A stretch of 64,000 bases of DNA from an uncultured Bacteriovoracaceae bacterium (GTDB taxonomy: Bacteria > Desulfobacterota > Desulfomonilia > UBA1062), in the NCBI GenBank assembly GCA_964513375.1, contig CAZEMO010000003.1, positions 92,730-156,729 on the forward strand. The letters run 5' to 3'. A program made the position numbers and the translations under genes. Positions 55,765-64,000 of the stretch are shown here, piece by piece. Below the pieces are notes generated by a model. That model did not search any database. It was not told the origin of the DNA and was given only the letters and a program-made list of their open reading frames with translations. Position 1 is the first letter of the stretch. The number at the start of each line of letters is the position of its first letter.

Positions 55765-56262
55765 TTATTCTGCCTTTTTGTCTTTTTTTTCAGGTACAAA
55801 AAAGGTGTAGATCAGAAGACCTACCATGCCGACTGAGATATACATGTCGGCGACATTGAATGTAGGCCATCGGTATGTTAATATATGGACGTTGATGAAG
55901 TCCACCACCTCATTATGAACAATCCTGTCCGTCAGGTTTCCGATTGCCCCTGCAAGTATAAGGCAGAGTATAGCCTTCAATATCAGAGAGTCATCGTTGG
56001 ACTGCTTGAAAATAATAAATATGGCTACTATGGCAACTACTGTCACCGTAAGGAAGAAAACAAGCCTGTATGAATCGGGTATGTCCTGCAAAAGACCGAA
56101 TGCAACCCCCGTGTTCCTTACATGTATGATCTCGAAATAGTTGGGAATTACGGTTATGCTGTCCCCTATCTGCATTCTTGTCAGTATTATCCATTTCGTT
56201 ACTTGATCTATCAGATAGAGGGGGAACATCATCAGAAGCCCCCACTTCAAATATGATTTCAT
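55765..56262 (-). CDS. lspA: Lipoprotein signal peptidase II
   Basis: 'NTGVAFGLL' and 'FNVADMYISVG'. The start ATG overlaps the ileS stop codon (ATGA). Confidence 0.85.
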   Translation of the reverse strand: MKSYLKWGLLMMFPLYLIDQVTKWIILTRMQIGDSITVIPNYFEIIHVRNTGVAFGLLQDIPDSYRLVFFLTVTVVAIVAIFIIFKQSNDDSLILKAILCLILAGAIGNLTDRIVHNEVVDFINVHILTYRWPTFNVADMYISVGMVGLLIYTFFVPEKKDKKAE

Positions 56263-59042
56263 GTCAGCTGGGAAGCGCATCTTGCACATACCTCCGGGTG
56301 ATTTTGATTAGCACCTACATCTTTGCTGTAGTTCCAGCACCTGGGACACTTTATACCTGTAGATTTTGAAACCGAAATACCAAGCTGCTTGAAGCTTTCG
56401 CTTTCAATAAAGGGGCCATCACCCTTTGCTACTTCTACTTCGGATACGATAAATATATCCTTCAGGAAACCTTTGACCGATTCAACGAAAGTAAAAGTTT
56501 CGCCATCGGCAGCAATCTTCACAACCGCATCAAGCGGATGTCCGATAATCTTATCGCGTCTGGCTTGTTCCATAGTCTTAGATACTTCCTGCTTGAGGGC
56601 TATAATTTTCTCCCATTTCCCTGCCAGGGCATCATCCTTATTGGCTTTTTCAACAACAGGCATAGCCGAAAGGTGCACACTTGCTTCCTTGCCTTCAAAA
56701 GCGGGCATGTAATCCCATATCTCTTCAGCCGTGAATGATAAAATCGGCGCAACAAGCTTCGTGAGGCTGGAAAGAATATTGAAGAGCGCTGTCTGTGCAG
56801 AACGTCTTTCTATACTGTCTTTCTTGTAGACATACAGCCGGTCCTTCAAGATATCGAGGTAAAAGGCGCTCATATCCACGACGCAGAAATTATAAATCTG
56901 CTGGTAGATGGCATAGGGCTCGAAATCATCATAAGCCTTCCTGACCTTTTCAATAAGATCCTGCAGCAGATGAAGGGCGTAGCGGTCCAGTTCGAGCATA
57001 TCGGAATACGCTACAGTGTCTTTTCCCGGGTTAAAATCAGAAAGGTTGCCTAATATGAACCTGACCGTATTCCTTATCTTGCGGTATGTCTCGACGAGCC
57101 GGTCAACTATTTCATTTGAAATGCGTATGTCGTTTGTATAGTCCTGGGCGCTGACCCACAGCCTTAAAACCTCTGCGCCGTATTTGTCTATTATTTCCTG
57201 CGGGGCTATGGTGTTGCCAAGCGATTTGGACATCTTGCGGCCTTCGCCGTCCACAACGAATCCATGCGTGAGCACAGATCGGTAAGGGGCATCTCCTCTT
57301 GTTCCTACAGAGCACAGCAGGGTCGAATGGAACCACCCCCTGTGCTGGTCAGAACCCTCCAGATACATATCAACCGGCGAGCCTATCCTTTCGTCCTTTT
57401 CACATACCGCCGCATAGCTTACGCCTGAATCAAACCATACATCGACAATGTCCTGCTCTTTTTCAAACTCTTCGGATGAACAGTTCGGGCATTTGGTCCC
57501 TTTGGGCAAAAGCTCTTCCGCTTTTAAAGCAAACCAGGCGTCAGAACTTTTTTCAGCGAATATATTCGCAACATTTTCAGCCGCTTCGCCTGAAATCAGG
57601 ACCTCGTTGCATGATTTGCAATAAAAGACCGGAATTGGAATACCCCAATCTCTCTGACGTGAGATGCACCAGTCAGGTCTGTTCAAAATCATGTTGTATA
57701 TCCTGTCACGGCCCCATCCAGGTATCCAGCGCACTTTATCGATTGCCTTTAATGCTTTTTCGCGGAGGCCGTCATGTTCCATTGAGATAAACCACTGCCA
57801 TGTAGAGCGAAAAATGATAGGGCTCTTGCAGCGCCAGCAATAAGGGTAGGAGTGGGAATATTTATCTTCATTAAGCAAAGTGCCCTTCTCAGACAGCACC
57901 CTGTTAACATTCGGATTTGCATCGAAGACGAACTGGCCTGCGAAACCTTCAACATCTTTTGTAAACCTGCCGTCATTATCGACCGGTGCATAAACTTCAA
58001 GTCCGTACTGTTTCCCTATCTCATAGTCTTCTTCGCCGTGGCCAGGTGCGATATGAACACATCCCGAACCGGTATCAAGGGTTACAAATGGTGCATTGAT
58101 AATCAACGAATCACGCTCATAAATAGGATGACAGGCCTTCATGCCTTCAAGCGCCTCACCCTTGAATACTGCAAGGGTCTTATATTCGTTTACTCCTGAT
58201 GCTTTCATGACACTTTCAACCAGTTCTGAAGCCATAATCAGGACATCAAACCTGTCTGTCTTGACAGCCGAATATTCCATGTCAGGATGCAGGGCTATGG
58301 CCAGGTTAGCCGGTATCGTCCATGGGGTTGTGGTCCATATTACGACATAGATATTCTCCCCTTTAAGTTCCGGTATAATTCCGGAGACATCCGTTGTCAT
58401 TTTAAACCTGACAAATATGGCGGGCGTTACCTGATCATGATATTCAACCTCGGCTTCAGCGAGCGCTGTTTTACACTTTGCGCACCAGTAAACAGGCTTT
58501 CTAGCCTTATAAAGCGATCCTGCAGAAATGAACCTTCCAAGCTCATGGGCAATAGACGATTCGTATTCATTTTTCATCGTAAGATACGGGTCTTCCCAAA
58601 GGCCGAGAACCCCAAGCCTTTTGAATTCATCTCTCTGTATGCCTATGAACTTTTCCGCATATTTCCTGCATTCTTTCCTGATATCAAGCTTGCTGAGCTC
58701 GACTTTCTTCTCTCCCATGTTTATTTCGACCTGATGCTCTATCGGAAGGCCGTGGCAATCCCATCCGGGCTTGTAAAAGGTATCGTATCCCATCATGAAA
58801 AAGGACTTGACGATTATATCCTTTAAGATTTTGTTGAGTGCGGTCCCAAGGTGTATATGGCCATTGGCATATGGAGGTCCGTCATGAAGTATGAACTTTC
58901 TCCTGCCTTTGGATTTTTCAATAATCTTATGATAGAGTTCTGTTTCTTCCCAACGATGAAGAAGCTCAGGCTCTTTTTTTGTAAGGCTCGCCTTCATGGG
59001 AAATGCAGTTTGCGGCAGACAAAGCGTATCCTTGTAATCCAT
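56259..59042 (-). CDS. ileS: Isoleucyl-tRNA synthetase
   Basis: 'PYANGHIHLGT' (HIGH), 'KMSKS' and a C-terminal zinc knuckle 'CPRCWNY...CARC'. Confidence 0.95.
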   Translation of the reverse strand: MDYKDTLCLPQTAFPMKASLTKKEPELLHRWEETELYHKIIEKSKGRRKFILHDGPPYANGHIHLGTALNKILKDIIVKSFFMMGYDTFYKPGWDCHGLPIEHQVEINMGEKKVELSKLDIRKECRKYAEKFIGIQRDEFKRLGVLGLWEDPYLTMKNEYESSIAHELGRFISAGSLYKARKPVYWCAKCKTALAEAEVEYHDQVTPAIFVRFKMTTDVSGIIPELKGENIYVVIWTTTPWTIPANLAIALHPDMEYSAVKTDRFDVLIMASELVESVMKASGVNEYKTLAVFKGEALEGMKACHPIYERDSLIINAPFVTLDTGSGCVHIAPGHGEEDYEIGKQYGLEVYAPVDNDGRFTKDVEGFAGQFVFDANPNVNRVLSEKGTLLNEDKYSHSYPYCWRCKSPIIFRSTWQWFISMEHDGLREKALKAIDKVRWIPGWGRDRIYNMILNRPDWCISRQRDWGIPIPVFYCKSCNEVLISGEAAENVANIFAEKSSDAWFALKAEELLPKGTKCPNCSSEEFEKEQDIVDVWFDSGVSYAAVCEKDERIGSPVDMYLEGSDQHRGWFHSTLLCSVGTRGDAPYRSVLTHGFVVDGEGRKMSKSLGNTIAPQEIIDKYGAEVLRLWVSAQDYTNDIRISNEIVDRLVETYRKIRNTVRFILGNLSDFNPGKDTVAYSDMLELDRYALHLLQDLIEKVRKAYDDFEPYAIYQQIYNFCVVDMSAFYLDILKDRLYVYKKDSIERRSAQTALFNILSSLTKLVAPILSFTAEEIWDYMPAFEGKEASVHLSAMPVVEKANKDDALAGKWEKIIALKQEVSKTMEQARRDKIIGHPLDAVVKIAADGETFTFVESVKGFLKDIFIVSEVEVAKGDGPFIESESFKQLGISVSKSTGIKCPRCWNYSKDVGANQNHPEVCARCASQLT

Positions 59043-59121
59043 TACTACCTCCTAGAATATTCATCGTCTGTATCGCATGAATCCTCTAATTGTCAATGCC
59101 AGAGCTTTCTTACAGCCAAAT

Positions 59122-59153
59122 AAAAAAGGGCCGGTGGAAACCGGCCCTTTTTT
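59122..59153. terminator. Bidirectional rho-independent terminator (A-run, stem, T-run)
   Basis: AAAAAA-GGGCCGGT-GGAA-ACCGGCCC-TTTTTT. It lies just downstream of the repeat-lipoprotein gene on the minus strand. Confidence 0.6.
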
Positions 59154-59173
59154 AAATGTTTTCAATCTGTATC

Positions 59174-60610
59174 TTACAAACCTAATATCGTCTGTACGTT
59201 ATAGTATTCGCTCTTGAATATCTGCTCATTTGCACCGTCGGACTGCTGCCAGGAAATAGCCGCATTGCCGCTGCTGCTCATAACTACCTGGGGAACAATG
59301 GCATCCTGATTGTCCTGGCTTATATTATCAGTCAGGGACTGAGGCAGTGACCAATTCAGAAGCTGAGCCGGCAGGCCTGAAATCGCACGAAATTCGCTCT
59401 TGAATATCTGGTATTTCCCTGCGGCCTCATTCTGCGAATCACGCTGATACCAGACGATAATAGAATTTCCTTTATTGTCTATCGCCACCTGAGGAAGCCA
59501 TGCAGATGTATCTGCAACGCTTATGCTGTCTGATATATTTGAGGGATGAGCCCATACTTTGCTTCTCAATTCACTTTTGTATATCCTCACTATTCCGTTA
59601 TCAAGTTCCTGTTCCCACGTAATCACGGCACTTCCGCTATCGTTCATTGCAACCTGAGGATAGTATGCATTACCTGCATCAGGACTTATATTGTCTGAAA
59701 GTCCGGTTGGATGATCCCATGCTTCGTCTGAGAAGAAGCTCATAAATATCTGATATCTGTAACCGTCATTCTGCTCCCATGTAATGATAGCCTGTCCAGA
59801 ATCATTCATTGCCGCCTGCGGATAATATGCATCCTCCGAGTTGGGGCTTATATTATCCCCGAGACTTAAAGGATTCGCCCAGATGCCATCTCTCCGCTCA
59901 CTCTTGAATATCTGCCATTTAGCCCCGTCAAACTGCTCCCATGCAACTATTGCATCCCCTATCTCATCCATTGCAACTACTGGATAATATGCGTCCTGCC
60001 CGTCAGGACTGATGTTGACCATAACGGCTCCCGGATGCATCCAAAACCCATTCGTACGTTCGCTCTTGAATATCTGGTAAACTGATCCGTCAGACTGCTG
60101 CCATACAATTACGGCATCTCCTGAAGTGTTCATTACAACCCTGGGATAATTGGCATCAGTCCCTGCAGGGCTTATTGAATCATCAAAATCAAGAGGATGA
60201 GTCCACACCCAGTTTTTCCTCTCACTCTTATAAATTCTGTAATTTGTACCATCATGCTGGACCCATACTATAATGGCATCTCCGTTATCATTGATTGCGA
60301 CCCTTGGATAATAAGCGTTTCTTCCTTCAGGGCTGATATTATCCGTCAGTTTGGTTTTTGCCCATAGGCCGTTTACAAACTCTGCCTTGTAAATCTGGGA
60401 ATTGACTCCATCGGATTGTTCCCATACAACCAGGCCGTTTCCGGCTGAATTGATGGCCATCTGGGGATTTATTGCATCCTGACCTTCAGGGCTTATATTG
60501 TCTGCAAGGCCTGTCGGGTTCGTCCATTTTTTACAGCCAACCGATAAACCGCCAGCAAGAATTATAAAAATAATCATGATACACAGCTTGCTTTTAACCG
60601 GACTCTTCAT
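59174..60610 (-). CDS. Lipoprotein with eight tandem repeats of about 52 aa ('DNISPxGxDAyyPqVAMNxxGxAiIxWeQxDG...IfKSE'), predicted beta-propeller-like
   Basis: The start was reassigned to 'MKSPVKS', which follows AAAGGAGAGG, with lipobox 'SVGC'. The periodic repeats are visible in the translation. Confidence 0.7.
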   Translation of the reverse strand: MKSPVKSKLCIMIIFIILAGGLSVGCKKWTNPTGLADNISPEGQDAINPQMAINSAGNGLVVWEQSDGVNSQIYKAEFVNGLWAKTKLTDNISPEGRNAYYPRVAINDNGDAIIVWVQHDGTNYRIYKSERKNWVWTHPLDFDDSISPAGTDANYPRVVMNTSGDAVIVWQQSDGSVYQIFKSERTNGFWMHPGAVMVNISPDGQDAYYPVVAMDEIGDAIVAWEQFDGAKWQIFKSERRDGIWANPLSLGDNISPNSEDAYYPQAAMNDSGQAIITWEQNDGYRYQIFMSFFSDEAWDHPTGLSDNISPDAGNAYYPQVAMNDSGSAVITWEQELDNGIVRIYKSELRSKVWAHPSNISDSISVADTSAWLPQVAIDNKGNSIIVWYQRDSQNEAAGKYQIFKSEFRAISGLPAQLLNWSLPQSLTDNISQDNQDAIVPQVVMSSSGNAAISWQQSDGANEQIFKSEYYNVQTILGL

Positions 60611-60795
60611 AACCTCTCCTTTGAAAAAAGATGCTCTGTGAATTGAGCAATTTTGTTCTTTAAATGCAAAAAACATGCAAAATTCCAAGTCGTTGAAATT
60701 AATAGCCTCATTATAATCCAGCTTTAATAATTCCTCATAATAATGAAAACATTTCTACTGATTCTGGAAATTGTTTGCTTAGATGGTTGAATCTA

Positions 60796-61716
60796 TCAGA
60801 TTTCCAGCTTTCCGCATATATCTTTTATCCCCTTAATACCGTGATCGAAAAAGTATCCTGATATGCCTTCAATTATACCCGGCAGGCAGAACGGTTCTAC
60901 AAGAAGTTGTGTCCCGACCTGAACAGCTGATGCCCCTGCCAGGAAAAACTGTATGGCGTCCTTGTATGATGCTATACCCCCTGCCCCTATAACAGGTATT
61001 GCTACATGCCTCGATACATCCCACACTGTTTTCAAGGCTACAGGCTTTATGGCCGGGCCTGACAACCCACCCGTAACATTGCCAAGGACAGGCCTTCTTG
61101 TTTCCTCATCGATCACCATTGCAGGTACTGTGTTTATGCATGTGAGAGCATCCGCCCCGGCCTCCTGTGCTGAAGCTGCCATCCTGCAGATATCACTGGA
61201 CATGGGAGATAGTTTTACAATCAAAGATTTTTCAGTTTTTTTACGAACTGAGCTGACGAGTTCTCCAAGGACATCGGGGTCTCTGCCGAACTGTATACCC
61301 CCTTTTTTGACATTCGGACAGCTGACATTCATCTCAAGGGCTGAAATACCATCGACATCGAGTTTTTCAGCCATCAAAACATATTCTTCCTCAGAGTTTC
61401 CAAAAAAGTTTACAATTACAGGGGTATTAAACCCCTTCAAAAATGGAAGCTTTTCTTTAAGGAACTTCTCGACACCCACATTCTCCAAGCCTATTGAATT
61501 GACCATACCACTCGCAGCTTCGGCTACGCGTGGTGTCGGATTTCCTTCTTTCGGGTCAATGGACAGACCTTTGGTTATGATGCCGCCCATAATATTCAAA
61601 TCCAGTATCTTTGAAAATTCTTCTCCATATGCAAAAGTGCCGGATGCATTCATAACAGGGTTCTTGAGCACCAGTCCGCGCCCGAGATCGACTGTCAATT
61701 GAGATTGCTTTACCAT
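60796..61716 (-). CDS. pyrD: Dihydroorotate dehydrogenase, catalytic subunit (class 1B)
   Basis: 'NASGTFAYG', 'NVSCPN' and 'IPVIGAGGI'. The start overlaps the pyrK stop codon. Confidence 0.9.
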   Translation of the reverse strand: MVKQSQLTVDLGRGLVLKNPVMNASGTFAYGEEFSKILDLNIMGGIITKGLSIDPKEGNPTPRVAEAASGMVNSIGLENVGVEKFLKEKLPFLKGFNTPVIVNFFGNSEEEYVLMAEKLDVDGISALEMNVSCPNVKKGGIQFGRDPDVLGELVSSVRKKTEKSLIVKLSPMSSDICRMAASAQEAGADALTCINTVPAMVIDEETRRPVLGNVTGGLSGPAIKPVALKTVWDVSRHVAIPVIGAGGIASYKDAIQFFLAGASAVQVGTQLLVEPFCLPGIIEGISGYFFDHGIKGIKDICGKLEI

Positions 61717-62447
61717 ATGATTTCCTCTGCTTTGAAAACAGGGCCAAGCGCACATACACTTTTATTTCCCGAAACTGTTTTAACGACGCAACCGGCGCAC
61801 ACTCCGAAACCGCATGCCATTCTTTCTTCCAGGGAAACCTGGCAGGAGACTTCCAAATGCTTTGTCATGTCGGCCACTTCTTTCAACATTGCCATAGGGC
61901 CGCAGGCATACACTATGCATGGCTTTTTCAGGCTCATGCCCGACAGCAGCCCCGTAACAAGTCCTTTGTATCCGACAGAACCGTCTTCTGTGGCGATTTC
62001 AGCCCTGGCTGGTATATAATCGAAAGGGATATCTTCTTCAGTCTTCGCACCAATCAGAAATTTTCCTTTCTTAAGTTTGTTATAAAGAGACAGGAGTGGA
62101 GGAAGACCTATTCCACCGGCTACATAAACCACCTGGCCTTTATCCTCAATGCTGAATCCATTTCCGAGAGGACCCATGACGGAAATTGTTTCACCCTCCC
62201 TGAGCATGGAAAGCGCAATCGTACCTTCACCTCTTGTCTTATAAAGCAGCGCAAGCACCCCGTCTTTAAGTTCCATTATCCCGAGAGGCCTTCTTAGAAA
62301 TGCCCCCGGCGATGGTGCTTTAACCATCACAAACTGGCCCGGACTGTACGGGTCCATCTTGCATTCAAGGGTTAAAAGATAAGTATTTGCTGCAATCTGT
62401 CTATTGCTGATGACAGTGGATGTTAACTCCTTCAAGGAACCCTCCAT
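61710..62447 (-). CDS. pyrK: Dihydroorotate dehydrogenase electron-transfer subunit
   Basis: FAD/NAD-binding fold and a C-terminal 2Fe-2S 'CGFGVCAGC'. Confidence 0.85.
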   Translation of the reverse strand: MEGSLKELTSTVISNRQIAANTYLLTLECKMDPYSPGQFVMVKAPSPGAFLRRPLGIMELKDGVLALLYKTRGEGTIALSMLREGETISVMGPLGNGFSIEDKGQVVYVAGGIGLPPLLSLYNKLKKGKFLIGAKTEEDIPFDYIPARAEIATEDGSVGYKGLVTGLLSGMSLKKPCIVYACGPMAMLKEVADMTKHLEVSCQVSLEERMACGFGVCAGCVVKTVSGNKSVCALGPVFKAEEIIW

Positions 62448-62468
62448 ATTGATAAACTACTTATTTTC

Positions 62469-63149
62469 TTATGAAGCACATTTCCATAATACTGCTGCCG
62501 AGACCCCCAGGATAAAAGCACCCGCCCAGGAATACCGCGAATGCATTCTTTTGCCTGTTACAAGACCGGCAAGGCCAATCATTACTGAAACCGCAGGCAT
62601 ATATGAAAAAACCTTCATGGCTATCTGAGGCATCACCGGAATTATAAACCATGCAATTGATGAAAATACCGAAACGCAAACAGCAGTAATCACAAGTATC
62701 TTGATATATGCTTCCGCCAGAGATTTGATCATCACCAAATCGATTTTCTTAAGCCAGTCATCTCCAAGCATGTCTGGGATATCTTCATTCGTTTTCATGA
62801 TATATGCATCCATTTCCCTTCCGATAATAAGAGACGGCACACACAATACGAGCGCAAATCCTGCTGCTGGGAGATTCTCCATTGTCTGTGAGGCTACATA
62901 TGCCACGGGGAGGGCAACAACCGTACAGAAATTCTCGTCATATGGGAGATAACCGCCGACCGGCGGTGCATAAAGCCCTATAATTTCCAATGAAACTCCT
63001 ATTATAAGGGCCAATTGGATATTACCCAGGATTAAGCCGAGAATTGCAGAAATAACAACAGGCCTGCTTATTTGAATCTGAAGCGCATACTCTCTATCCA
63101 TCCAGAGCAGTGCACCGATAAATACTGATGCTGTGATGGATGTTATCAT
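62469..63149 (-). CDS. PTS mannose/sorbose-family EIIC component
   Basis: 'RPVVISAILGLILGNIQLALIIGVSLE' is typical of ManY-type EIIC. Confidence 0.7.
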   Translation of the reverse strand: MITSITASVFIGALLWMDREYALQIQISRPVVISAILGLILGNIQLALIIGVSLEIIGLYAPPVGGYLPYDENFCTVVALPVAYVASQTMENLPAAGFALVLCVPSLIIGREMDAYIMKTNEDIPDMLGDDWLKKIDLVMIKSLAEAYIKILVITAVCVSVFSSIAWFIIPVMPQIAMKVFSYMPAVSVMIGLAGLVTGKRMHSRYSWAGAFILGVSAAVLWKCAS

Positions 63150-63631
63150 TCTTCTAGAGTATCGAGTATATGATTAATGTCAATCTCTTTTTCTCTCGGT
63201 ACAGACTGAAGATTAATTGATATTCCCTGTGCTATCATTTCTTTGAGCATAAGGATATCCTCTTTGTTCACCCAGAACGAATGCATCAGCTGCTTATCAC
63301 AACCGGATGAACGCATGTTGCCGAGATTTATTCTTGCGGGAATTCCTTTTTGTACAATCCTGTATGCATCTAACACAGAGGATACGATTATCAGTGTCGT
63401 TTTATTCAGAAGTTCAGGGTCTTCTGAAAGATCCTTTACGCTTTCGACACCAACCATTCTGAGTTTAATTCTTTCGGGCACTGCCATTGAGAGTATAGCC
63501 ATCTGGAACTGGTCTTCTGAGAGCATATCATTTGCTACCACAACACATTGCGCCTTCAGATAAGGAATCCATGATTCGAGTATCTGGCCATGAATCAGTC
63601 TGTCATCGACCCTTATCAGAACTATATTCAT
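63146..63631 (-). CDS. PTS mannose/sorbose-family EIIB component
   Basis: 'MNIVLIRVDDRLIHGQI' contains the phospho-His loop. Confidence 0.8.
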   Translation of the reverse strand: MNIVLIRVDDRLIHGQILESWIPYLKAQCVVVANDMLSEDQFQMAILSMAVPERIKLRMVGVESVKDLSEDPELLNKTTLIIVSSVLDAYRIVQKGIPARINLGNMRSSGCDKQLMHSFWVNKEDILMLKEMIAQGISINLQSVPREKEIDINHILDTLEE

Positions 63632-64000
63632 TATTTTTTTGCGGTGGGCGCCAGTATTTCAGATGCAATATATATATTGCTCTTTCCGCTTTCTTTTAAC
63701 AATTGCGCCATTTCTTTTATTGACCTGTTCTCCCGTTTTGTTATTGCCCCTATCAACATGGGAAGATTTACACCGGTTATGACCTCAACTTGTTCTTCAA
63801 GGAATGACAGACTTATATTGGACGGCGTTCCTCCGAACATGTCGGTCAGGATTATAACACCATCGCCTGTATTAACTTCCTTGATAGAAGTCTTAAGCAT
63901 TTTTCTGAGCTTTTCCACATCGCTTCCCTGACAGAACGAACATGCCTTCACACCTTCTACATGGCCTACTATAAGCTCTGCAGTTTCAATTAACGAAGAT
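63631..64000 (-). CDS. PTS mannose-family EIIA component. The 5' end lies outside the window.
   Basis: The frame stays open to the window edge ('...LIETAELIVGHVEGVKAC...'). The track's 'M' here is a GTG. Confidence 0.6.
   Translation of the reverse strand, partial: SSLIETAELIVGHVEGVKACSFCQGSDVEKLRKMLKTSIKEVNTGDGVIILTDMFGGTPSNISLSFLEEQVEVITGVNLPMLIGAITKRENRSIKEMAQLLKESGKSNIYIASEILAPTAKK

Noticed and set aside
59043-59173. Possible T-box or leader upstream of ileS
   Set aside because: Only about 75 nt lie between the terminator and the RBS. There is no specifier or T-box consensus and no room for the required structure.
60953-61702. 249-aa ORF antisense to pyrD
   Set aside because: It is embedded in pyrD and is Ser/Pro/Thr-rich. 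This is an artefact.

Overview
This is a chromosomal segment of about 48-50% GC from what looks like an anaerobic environmental bacterium. The corrinoid methyltransferase genes, the HgdB/BcrC-type Fe-S protein, the sigma-54 regulation and MetF suggest Desulfobacterota or a related lineage, but that placement is inference only.

Housekeeping genes that I recognise with confidence: ileS and lspA (translationally coupled), pyrK and pyrD, lgt, plsC, metF, mntP, a stomatin-type SPFH protein with its NfeD partner, thiolase plus a FadN-type beta-oxidation enzyme, and rarD. The rest is largely accessory.

- **Sigma-54 module.** A sigma-54 enhancer-binding regulator (large N-terminal region, GAF domain, AAA+ domain, Fis-type HTH) is transcribed divergently from a near-canonical -24/-12 promoter. 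That promoter sits in front of an operon encoding an MBL-fold hydrolase, a C_GCAxxG_C_C protein and a CoA-disulfide reductase fused to a rhodanese domain.
- **Sulfur/selenium module.** A four-gene operon of an HgdB/BcrC-like Fe-S protein, a class-V cysteine desulfurase, a YedF-like protein and a DUF3343 protein, with no activator ATPase nearby.
- **Corrinoid pair.** A B12-binding corrinoid protein with a uroporphyrinogen-decarboxylase-family (MtaA-like) methyltransferase and no second methyltransferase or activator.
- **Lipoprotein family.** Three paralogous lipoproteins built from a shared N-terminal module, PKD/Ig repeats and FGE-sulfatase (DUF323) domains, with no sulfatase in the window.
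- **Hydrolases.** Two CocE/NonD (S15) hydrolase paralogs flank a vapBC toxin-antitoxin pair and a crotonase gene.
- **Amino-sugar cluster.** Two PIG-L deacetylases, a neutral-ceramidase-like protein, a tandem-SIS protein, a HAD hydrolase fused to a QueG-like 4Fe-4S domain, an SDR epimerase, and a low-GC Sel1-repeat gene that looks horizontally acquired.
- **Other.** A lipoprotein with eight tandem repeats of about 52 aa, and a mannose-type PTS EIIA/EIIB/EIIC set with no EIID.

I found no rRNA or tRNA genes, no CRISPR array, and no clear transposon or integron.

The ORF track renders TTG and GTG starts as M. Several start codons were therefore reassigned using RBS context and signal-peptide logic.
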